Origin: Paragordius varius
Taxonomy: Eukaryota; Animalia; Nematomorpha
Direction: 5' to 3'
Length of the DNA stretch: 64,000 nt
Assembly: GCA_964247055.1 (NCBI GenBank)
Contig: OZ176051.1
Coordinates: 10,230,001-10,294,000 of the forward strand
Shown: positions 46,901 to 58,900 of the stretch, piece after piece
How the letters are laid out: every line of letters starts with the position of its first letter
How positions within the stretch are numbered: position 1 is the first letter of the stretch
Program-made: the position numbers and the translations under genes
Notes under the pieces: model-generated
Database searches by the model: none
Told to the model about the DNA's origin: nothing
What the model saw: only the letters and a program-made list of their open reading frames with translations

Positions 46901-49900
46901 AATTACATAATAAATTAGAATACTATTTGTATCAAAACAATGTCACATAAATTATCGATACTCGTGTAATCTTTTTTATCTTTTTTAACCTATAATAAAG
47001 TCAGGTCAGAGACCACTTTTTACTTAAGTAAATATCATGCGATATTGGATCGTGAAAATAATGTTCGAACGAAACTTGCGTTTCACTAATAATGTCATGT
47101 TTTTTCGTAAAAGTTTGTATTATACATTTTTTTGATATTTATTATTTACAAATATTATTAATCAAATTTAATCAAAAATTATGTTTTCAAATAAATTTTG
47201 CCACATGTTTGTGGCTTTTTGAATCTTCAAATACCCAGCTTTTAACACTGGATATTTCAAATAAAATTTTACCTAGTTTGTTTTACAGTTTCTTTTATCA
47301 TTGAAATATCCAATTATAAAATGTTTTTCAATTTTATTACTTCACATATATGGAAGCATATTTTAAAAACTACTTGATTGTTTTTTTCGAAATAACTGGA
47401 TATGCTTAAATGCTAATGTTTTACCTGTTTAACAATTTTATATTGTTAACACTTGGATACAACACATTCATTTCAGTCCTTCGATTCAAATTGTGGTAGT
47501 TGGATACCCCAGGCCTGTTTAAAATTAAATTCTTTAAAAAATATCAATAGAATCAAAACCATGGCAAAATTTTGCACTTATATAACATTAATAAACCGAA
47601 ATATATAAAAAAGTTTATTCAAAAATACTTGGTATTACTTATTTTTAGATAAAAGCGAGAGGTAAAAATTTAGTTAACGTGACATGTGTGCAATGGTAAT
47701 ATTGAAAAATAATACATAATAAACCACTTTTTCTATTTCTATCAATGTTAGATGTGATTTAAATACAAAATTAGCTTTAATTTTACCCTTAAAATTACAT
47801 GACGACGATATCTTGCAAAATTTTTGAAAAATAAAAATGGCGTCGAAGTAGTTTGACATGGATATTTTGGCATATTTATATAATTTTTATTAGGATAGAA
47901 GCATAAATTTAAATTGGGACCGTTTCTTTTATTAGTTTTTTAAAAATGCTAACTTTAATTTAGTCTGGGGTATTTGGATACCCCAATTTGAATCGAAGTG
48001 TTAAATAAGCAAATTAAAATATTTTTTTTATTCTTACTATTTCTCTTCAAAAAATATTTACCAGCAATTTTTCAAAAAACAGCTGTTTTTAAAAGACCAT
48101 GGTCAAAAAATAAATAGTGACTGACCTGGTCATGACCCGGTCAATTGACCATTTCATGACTTGGTCAGCACAACCCTAGATATATAACTGCCCAAAAACA
48201 TAAACCTTGACAAAAAAAATGCAATGAAATGTTAAAGTAAATGAATTGGATAAAGGAAATTTTATTTATTAAAAGTGGGTTCATTCTTTAATTTTTTAAA
48301 CAATTTATTATAAACTAGAGTGAATCTCGTGCTGCTACGCAGCCCGAGGAAGTCCTTCGGACTTCTGGGGGGGGGGGGGGTTCGAAGTTTGGATTTGAAT
48401 GGGTCTACCGTTTTTCCTGTAGATCACAAAGCCAGCATTTTCCATTTTTATAAATATATAGATTACCATAAATAATGTTTTAATATCCATATATCTTTTA
48501 ACATGCTATACATATGATAGATACTCCTTACTCAGCATCTATCATCAAAGAAACGCTTGACTAAAATTTTTGCCTTTTAACAGGGAATACGTGGAATCTT
48601 TATTGAATTTTTACAGTCTCATACCTAGGGCGAAAAATCGATTTAGAAAATTATTTTTGTGGACTTTGTTTTTTGAAAAAAATGGCATTTTACGGGGGTA
48701 GCGGGTAAAAAGAGGGCCTAAATCAAAAAAGTGGCTCGACTATGTTCGGCGCGATCAAAAATAAGTAAACAAAATTCATATTTGAAATTGAATGGTCCAA
48801 CACGTTCTCCAAAAAATTGACTTAACCCAATTTTCACACGGGGTGGGCCCGAACTGGGGACCTAATTCCAAAAAAGGGCGAAGCTATTGTCGGGGCATTC
48901 ATTGATGATTATATTTTTTCGATATTTGGATTTGAATGGGTTCACCGGTTTTCCGGAAACAGATCACAAAGTTATATGAAAAATCAGTTTTTAGCGGGTA
49001 GCTCCTTACCCAGCAGCTATCATCAAATAAACGGTGGACTAAAATTTTTGCCTTTTAACAGGGAATACGTGGAGTCTTTATTGAATTTTTACGGTCTCAT
49101 ACCTAGGGCGAAAAATCGATTTAGAAAATTATTTTTTTTGAAAAAAATGGCATTTTACGGGGGGAGCGGGTAAAAAGAGGGCCTAAATCAAAAAAGTGGC
49201 TCGACTATGTTCGGCGCAATCGAAAATAAGTAAACAAAATTCATATTTGAAATTGAATGGTCCAACACGTTCTCCAAAAAATTGACTTAACCCAATTTTC
49301 ACACGGGGTGGGCCCGAACTGGGGACCTAATTCCAAAAAAGGGCGAAGCTATTGTCGGGGCATTCATTGATGATTATATTTTTTCGATATTTGGATTTGA
49401 ATGGGTTCACCGGTTTTCCGGAAACAGATCACAAAGTTATATGAAAAATCAGTTTTTAGCGGGTAGCTCCTTACCCAGCAGCTATCATCAAATAAACGGT
49501 GGACTAAAATTTTTGCCTTTTAACAGGGAATACGTGGAGTCTTTATTGAATTTTTACGGTCTCATACCTAGGGCGAAAAATCGATTTAGAAAATTATTTT
49601 TGTGGACTTTGTTTTTTGAAAAAAATGGCATTTTACGGAAGGAGCGGGTAAAAAGAGGGCCTAAATCAAAAAAGTGGCTCGACTATGTTCGGCGCAATCG
49701 AAAATAAGTAAACAAAAATTATATTTGAAATTGAATGGTCCAACACGTTCTCCGGAAAATTGTCTCAAAAACACGATTTTGTGGACCTCTGTTTTCAAAA
49801 AAAACCCGTTTTTCATACGGGGTGGGCCCGAACTGGGAGCCTATTTCAAAAAAAGGGCGAAGCTATTGTCGGGACATTTATTAATGATTATATTTTTTCG

Positions 49901-52900
49901 ATATTTGGATTTGATTGGGTCTACCGGTTTTCCTGTACCAGATCACAAAGCCAGCATTTTCCATTTTTATAAATATATAGATTATTATGAGATGGATGCA
50001 ATTTTCGATTTAACGTGTTATTACATAATAATGTCCCTAACCTTGTATTGTTAAAACTTTATTACTTTTTGGGGTAGTTTTGTGCCACGGGACGATTTAA
50101 AATTTGAATTAAAAAAAAGTATATTGGATATTGGGCCAAAATTTAAAAAATGCTCTATTTTACTTTTTGGCGTATGATTAAATTGTTTTAAAAAATGTTA
50201 AATAAGATTCCTCTCTTAAAATTTTTCGCCATTTTTTATCTTTTTATTTTTTTTTATCGCTATTACAAGAAGCATATAAACGAATATTACAGTTAAAAAT
50301 GTATTTAATTATCTTTACAAAGTTTTCAAATTACATTTCAGCCACAAATTTTTGATATTATATTGATTTCAGAATCAGCTGTTTGTTTGCAATCGGGTTT
50401 TCGAGCCATCCCAATTTCGGACTCCAGAAGTTTATGGGATTTTTTTACCTAGAACAATTATTTTATATTAATAAAACAACTTTGAAAACAATAGTTTATT
50501 TAAAAGTTTAAGTGTAATCGTCTGCAAAAAATAGGTAGAAATGTGTTTATAATTACTTATACATCATGTAATTCAAAGTTGGCTGTAGTCAATTCCAAAG
50601 CCAATTTGTGAATTTTTAGAGGTTATAATTGTTTATTGGGCTGTCATTTTTCGATTAAAGTTTTATAGACAATAAATGATAATCCCATATTAAATTTTTA
50701 AAATGCATTAATATGTGTCAATGTAACAAAATATCCTTACTTAATATGTCTGATATTTTGGGGTAAATATAAAGATAACAATTATCTTGCGTAAGACGCT
50801 AAATAATATACAATATCGAACTGGCATCTATTTCAATTAATATTGATTGATAATCGATTTAATTTTTCATGTTTTATTATATTGATTGGGAGACAAAAAC
50901 AATTCACATTATGTGTCAAAAACTTAATATATCAATACTGTAAGAAAGATATTGTTATAACATCTGTGCGTCCAAATTTTTTATATAATTAACAATATAC
51001 TATTTGCAATAAGATAATATTTTGAAATTTGTGATTCATCCCATTAAATATTTTTAATATTCCAGGAAAGGTATTTTTTAATTTTGTCAGCCGATTGAAA
51101 ATTTATTTTTATTTATGCGTTCCGAACATTGTAATAATTGAGAATCCAAATAAAATCCCATATAGTGAGTGGAAAAAGTTCAACACAAGATTTTAATTGT
51201 TTTAACAAATAAATAAAACAATTTATTTCCAAGATTCTTGGGTATTCACAGCCCCAAATATCAATAAAATAATTTTCCTGGCTTAACTGTTTTATAATGC
51301 AATGTTTTATCTATTTGTATAATGATTTTGATTTGTAACAAACGTCAATTCTTTAGTAATTGCACATCCCCTCTACACCAATTCACCTTTAAACATCTCA
51401 AATTCATATTTGAACAATTCGAATTAACCCTCGACCAATTCAAAAATTCACCCTTGAACAATTATAATTCACCCTAAAAATAATTTGTGTTACGGGCTAA
51501 TATAACTCATCATCAATATTAATTATTTCTTTTTGGCATATTCTATTATTTCTTTAGTAATTAATATATGAAACCACATAATTTTTTGGGTGAGTTTGAA
51601 TTGTTCAAGGGTGTTGAGCTGTAAATGGTATATTAAAGGTTCATTTGTCCTGTTAATAACTCTCTATGTAAATAATTTTATAATGCTATGCCTACATCAT
51701 CGCCAATTAAAATAATTTAAAATGGACTCCACTCTATATTAAACTTATATTTTAGGTTTTCACGAAACTCCAAAAAATATGGATGGCCATGACAATATTT
51801 TAGTGTCCAGTTTTGATGAGGAATTAGATGAACCTTTACAAAATTATTATTCGCTTAGTCACAAAATCGGGGGTCCAGTTGCTAAACAAGTGCTAAATTT
51901 AATTTTTATACATTTACTGTTAAAAGGTAAAAATAATATATAACTTTTTTGTTCACAAACTTAGGCAGACTTGGTAAAATCGGCATTTGGTGTCCTTAAA
52001 GACGTTATCATAACAGCAACTCAACATAAAGCTCCACCTGATGTAAACCATTTTTTCCCTTAAACTTTGATGATAAACTGTTTTATACCATTTACAGGTC
52101 AAATTCACCCTTTAACAATTAAAATTCACCCTCGAACAATTCAAATTTACCCTAAAAAAAATTATATGTTTTCGAACTAATATAACTCGTTATTAATATA
52201 AAATATATGTTTATGGCATAGTTTATTATTTTTTCAATATTATTTTATTTTAAAACATAATTTTATTTTTTAAAATTAACATATAATCTATTTGACTGTG
52301 AATTTGAATTGTTCGAGGGTGTATTGTTGTTCAAGCGTTTAAATTGTTAAGGATGAATTTGAATTGTAAATGGTATATTAAATTTTTTAACTTAACTGAT
52401 ATACTTAAATTATTATGGATATTTTTTAGACTATATTTGCTTTAATTTAATTTTATGTTTTTTAGGAAAAACTAGTCCATTTATTTGAACCTCTTGCCAA
52501 CACAATACAACAAATTACGGTATATAATTTTAATATATTTCATTGATTTAAGATTTTTATGCTATTAATTTATAAAATATTTTTAATCATAATACTTGAT
52601 TAATCAAATAATACAGAATTTCCAATTTTTCAATATAGGAAGTAACTGAATCGAACCGCACTGACCCAAATTTCAATGATTTATCTGTGATAAGCAATTC
52701 TATACCAGCGTTAGCCTGGATTAATGTGGTAAGATTTTTATTGCATTGTTTTTTATTAGAGTAAATTTTATTTAATCAATAATCCACAAAGTTTTATAAT
52801 ATTTCCTATAGAAAAAAACTCCGGCCCCATTTATCAAGGATATGTTGGATTCTGGAACTTTTTATGCCAACAAAGTTATTATGGAGCATAAGGGAAAGTA

Positions 52901-55900
52901 TATAATAATAATACCTATTATTAATAAAATTATATCATTCATCGAATTTAAATAATTTTGTTTTTAAAACTTATGATATTTACGGATTTGATATATATTT
53001 CTATATTATCTTTTGTTCCAAAGATATTGCAAATAATTACCCATTTTTGTAAATTTTAGAGATGAAAATCATGTCGAGTTTGTCAAAAGTTGGACAGAGG
53101 TGTTAAATAAATTACGAGATTACGTCAAAAAACATCATACAACTGGATTGGTATGGAATGCTCAAGTAAGGATTTATTATTTTATGTTAACTATGATGGT
53201 TTTATATTTCCGATTTTATGAGATAGTTAAATGATCAAATTTTGATTTTAAAGAGCGACCGTGTTTTATTATTAGCAGGTGTATTTATAAGAAATTACCA
53301 GTTTAACTAAGGGAAAACGCAAATTAGAGAGGGTTAATTGAAACATACCCTTATCTGGTTCATTTGACATTAAACGGACAAAAACAGTTTACTTCACCAA
53401 AAAGCATTTTCTAATTTTTATGAAAAAACCCATTAGGAGAAAAAGGCTGTTAAAAGTTATTGTCTTTTGGCAGAAACATATATGCTCTTTAGGTTAAAAT
53501 TTGTAAACCATGGTTTCGAAAGTCATATCATGTTTTTTCTGTTTTTGGGACAAACAGTTATGATTTCCAATGCGGTATGGCAGTTTTGTGAATATTGTTG
53601 CGTTGAATGCATGCATCTTTTTTTGCTAATGCGGTTTTTTACCAAATACTCTAAAATTTGATAAAAAAATAATCCCATAACTAATAAATAATTAACGAGA
53701 TCTTATTTGACGAGCCTGGCAACAAACTAAAAACAAATTTCATTTTTTTCAACACATCTTATAAACTTTTGGGGTGGGTTTATACCACAGCGCGATTTAA
53801 AATTTAAATATATAAAAAAATAATTTTAACATTAGGTTTAATTTAAAACATGCTTTATTTAGCCGGGCTTATGATATCTTTTTTAAAAAGGCAAATTGTG
53901 AAAATTTTCATCTCAAACTTTTTCGCCGCTATTTTTTAAAATCTTTTAAATCGCCAATAGAGGCATATAAATTATATTATCGTTGAAAAATATTAATAAC
54001 TTAGAACTGTTAAATTACAACCTAATTTTCATATTATTGCTTTATATTAACTGTTCATTTCTATCGTGTTTTGGAGGTATCTGAATTTGGGACTTAAGAA
54101 GTAAAAATCTGAAATTTTAGGATTTTTCATCTAATACAGGGGAAACGGTTATAATAATTAAATTTTAACCAAAACAACTTTCAAAAATTGGTTAGTTTAC
54201 TATACCCAAAAATGACATCGCGTGCAAAAAAATGAAAAGGATATAATCTGTTAACGAAAACCTTTCAATCATACAAATTTTGAGATAATTTCATCGACCA
54301 TAAATTCAGCTTTATTATTAAAAAAATCTAAATAATTTACATCCTTAAATTTAAAATAATTAAAATGTAAATTGTTAATCGGCATCATAATAATACACAC
54401 TCTTTATGTGTTATTATTATTTTATTCTTTGATGTTAGTAATGTCTTTTAAAAAAATTTTATGCGTAATTATTTACCATAAAACTTTTTTTAAATTAACA
54501 CAAAATATACATATTCCGTAACTCTCCAATTCAATCAAAATTTGTTTTTTATTGTGAGTCATAATAAAACCGTATGCTAACAAAGCCATAAAGCTATAAA
54601 AAAGTTTCATTTCATTATGTTATTATAACTAATTTTCGAAATAGTTCTTAATGCTCATTTATAATTTTTATTACACATATTCTAGTACATTGTTTATGAT
54701 TACAACCTTCATTATTAATTAATTAATTAATTAGAGACTTAACAATCACATTTTATGTGTTGTGTATTAATGGTTTTTTAAACGCTTGTTATGAAATTAT
54801 TGTTTAACAACAAATAGTATGCAAAAAGGAAAAGTAAGCTTTTTTATGTATATTCCAAATATTTTTAACAGTGAAAAGCCAAAAGTCAATTATTTAATTT
54901 TGATTTTTAACTTGTTATCAATAAAAAAACCGATAATATTGGGCGTTTGTTTATGCATATGGCCTTTGATACTTGAAGTTTTTATTTTCACAATGAAGGG
55001 TTTTTGTCAAATAATTGTTAAAAAACAATAGTATTCTTTTCCATAAAATATGATTATCAATCATACCATTTTTAGTTAAGAGTGTCCTTAACACTTTAAA
55101 TAAGTTGGTCTTTGAACACTTCACGTTGCATCTTAAACATGTTAACTTTTATATATCAATCAACTCGTGAAATCTTTTTAATCTTTTTTAACCTACGGGT
55201 TGTGCATTTGACTGCTTTTTCAAAAAAGTCAGGTCAGACCCAGTCAAACCATGGTCATGACCACGTTTTACTTAAGTAAATATCATGCGATATTGGATTG
55301 TGAAAATAATGTTCTTACGACACTTGCGTTTCACTAATAATGTCATGTTTTTTCTTAAAAGTTTATATTATTTTTTGTTATTATTTATTTACAAATATTT
55401 TCAATCAAATATAATCAAAAATTTTCTTTTCAAATAAATATTGCCACGTGTTTGTGGCATTCTAAATCTTCAAATACATAGTTTTTAATACTGAATATTT
55501 CAAATATAATTTTACCTAGTTTGTTTTACACTTTTTTTCACCATTGAAATATCTAATTAAAAAATGTTTTTTTTTCATTTTATTGGTTCACATATATGGA
55601 ATAATTGCATATTTTGCAAAGTGATTAATTGTTTTGTTTTTAGTAATAACTGGATATGCTTAAAGAGAATGTTATAAGGATGCATGTTACAATTTTTAAT
55701 ATATTGTTAAATAAGCATATTTAAATATTTAATTTATATTTTTTGAAAATATTAAAAAACAATAAAATCTTACTATTTCTCTTCCAAAAAAATTTACCAA
55801 CAATTTAAAAACAGCTGTTTTTTTAAAATACCGTGGTCAAAAAATAAGTAGTCATTGACCTGATGACTTGGTCCCCTTACCTATAATCTTCATTTAACCC

Positions 55901-58900
55901 TTTATCAATATCAGCTTTCTTTCATAATACATATTATTAACATTAAAAAATATTTTAATTTAAAGATCTTAAAACCTAATTATAAAATATATAAGTTTTG
56001 GTTATTAATTAAAAATATTTATTAAAATAAGTTTGTTAACATTGTTGATTGGAATATTAGTTTGAAACAAAAAAGTGGTTTTTGGATGAAAAATATGAAT
56101 TTTAAATGAAAAATTATATATTAATAAGAAAGTTAGGTTAAGAAATAAAAAATTAAAAAATAGGATAAATTATGAATAGATATAAACATAAATTGTTTTA
56201 AAACCAACTTGAGTGTTTGTTTAACACTTGGAAACACACTCATTTTAGTCCTTGGAATCAAATTGGGGTAGTTGGAAAGCCCAGGCCTGTTTAAATTAAA
56301 TTCTTTAAAAAATATGGGAGGAATCGAAACCATGGCAAAATTTTGCACTTTATATAACATTAATAAACCGAAATATATAAAAAATTTTATTCAATTGATA
56401 ATACTTATTTTAAGCTAAAACCGATAGGGGAAATTTAGTCAACGTAACATGTGTACATTGGTAAAATATACAAAATAAACCGCTTTTTTAAATCTATCAA
56501 TGTTAGATGTAATTTAAATAAAAAACTGGCTTTAATTTTAGACTTAATTAAAAGCACGATATTGTGCAAATATTTGTAAAATAAAAATGGTGTCCAAGTA
56601 GTTTGACATGGAGCTTTTTTCAAAACAAAATTTTATTTAGATATTTTGGCATATTTATATAATTTTTATTAGGATAGAAGCATAATTTTAAATTGGGGCC
56701 GTTTCCTTCAGTAGTTTTTTTATAAATCCTAACTCAAATATTGTCTGGGGTATTTAGATACCCCAAATTGAATTGAAGTGTCAAAAATTGTATATGATAT
56801 TGTATAAAATATAATTGATTTTTGGGCTTTTTATTTCATTCTCTCCACACAAAATATTGATATTTTGGATGAACTTTAAGTATCTTCTGGATGACATGAA
56901 AATATATAATGTTTTTTAAAAAAGTACATTCCATTATAGACTGTCTGCATTTTTGGTCCCTGTAAAATGCAACATAACTTTAGTATCTAATATATTAAAA
57001 CAGGTGTGTTGTAATAGATATAATATATTTTTAGAAGATTGTTTCTTTCTGTTTTATCATTTGATTTTTTTCACGTTTTTGTTATGCAAATAAAAAAAAA
57101 TCTTATTTAACATTTTTTTGATTGTAAACTTGTTCGAGCATGTAAAATAGTAAAAAATAACTATGTTTGTTCAATGCTCATCGTTTAATGGTTAGGATGT
57201 AGATACATGGAAAAAAATTAACCATTACCATTGTTTTGTTTTTCTTTTTTAGTATAAACGTTTTTTTTGTTAGATATAAAAATTTTCTGTCTTTGATTCT
57301 TTAAATTTGTACTTTCAATTATTCCCCCCATCTTTCATTTCTTGTAAAAAGTTTTAGACATCCCCTATAAAATTTATTTTTATCACCACTTTAATTCTAG
57401 GCATCCAATCAACCCGAAAAGTTATCTGGTGGGGGAGGACAGACTGCAAGTAATTCTACTACTAACACAAATTCTCAATTTCACAGTTTTATTAACATTA
57501 AAAGTATGCATGAATTTTGCTTGTTTAAACCAAATTATACTTTTTTAACTCTAAATTGACGGATTAGCTTAAGATGTTTTTTATAATAACACTTGCATGC
57601 CTTTTTAAATGTTTCACTATAATGTTTTTATCGCAAGCCTTTTTAGAATATCATCTAGATCAGGGGTTTACAGCACATAGCGGGACGCATTTTTGGAAAA
57701 AACTCGGCGGGTTAATTTAAAAAATATATGGGCAACAATAATTATATTATTAGGTTTAAAAACTGTAAAAAATGCAAAAAAATCAATTTTTTAATTGTGT
57801 TTGTTGCCAATCGGAAAGACGTATTATGAAAAATTGGATGAGAATTATTATCTTGCATGGAATCCATATCTCTTTGGTATTAATTTTTCGCGGGTCGCAA
57901 ATACAATATCGGAAAGCCGCATGTTAGAAACTCGTGATCTAGAATATACATTTGGAACCCAATCATATATAATTTGTTATGTAGCACAATAAGTTAGTTC
58001 GAAAAATATTCCAATTTCGTGTTTTAATCACCTCTGCCCAACACAATTATATTTTTCTAAAATATTTGGCAGTTATCGTTTTTAGGCACTAAAAATTAGT
58101 TCATATCAAATTGAGTCTCTTGCATCAAATAAATTTGCGCATAAATATTTTGTCAAACCTTTTTATTATAAAGTAAGTGTCTATAGAGATTGAGCTATGT
58201 AAACAAGAAAACGTTAGAAAAGATTTTTAGAATCTTGTCGTTATAATAACTGTTTTGTTAAATTTTCATCTCTATATACCATTCAGTTTAAATTCACCAT
58301 CGAACAATTCAAATTCACCCTAAAATAAATTGTGTTTATTAAAATTAAAAATTACCTATATTTTTTTATTTTTAAAAAATGAAATGTTTAAAGTTAATAT
58401 AAAACTGAAAAAAAAATATTAATGATAAGTTATATTAGCCCGACAACGCATAATTTATTTTTAAGGATTTGAATTGTTCTAGGGTGAATTCGAATCGTTC
58501 AAGGGGAATTTGAATTGTAAATGGGGTATAATATAGTTTAAGTTTATTCCAAAAGAATATTTAATTGTTATTTCATTGATAAATTTCAGACAATACTGGA
58601 AAAAACTTAATAAAATTACCAATATAAATTTGGTGATTATTAATTTAAGCAATTATTATATTTCAAAATATGTGCAATCAAGAAATATAAAATAAAATTT
58701 ACTTGCATACAATATATATTATTCACCAATTAAAGATCGCCTATGTCCATTAGTATTACTATTGGCTGTATAACGTTTTTGATATCGTGATCTTTTTCTG
58801 TGAAAATGAACCCTTAAGCCTTTACCGTTTTGAACCTATTTATATTTTTTTGAATTTTAGATGCTACAATGCAAACTTTATTAATTTTAAATCTATAGTC

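Noticed and set aside
48976-49707. Duplicated small ORFs MKNQFLAGSS...
   Set aside because: They are a by-product of the 465-bp Helitron tandem units, with no protein motifs.
52084-52377. Short regularly spaced ~19-bp repeats resembling a CRISPR array
   Set aside because: There are no unique spacers or cas genes, the context is eukaryotic, and the repeats are inverted at the two ends of a dispersed MITE.
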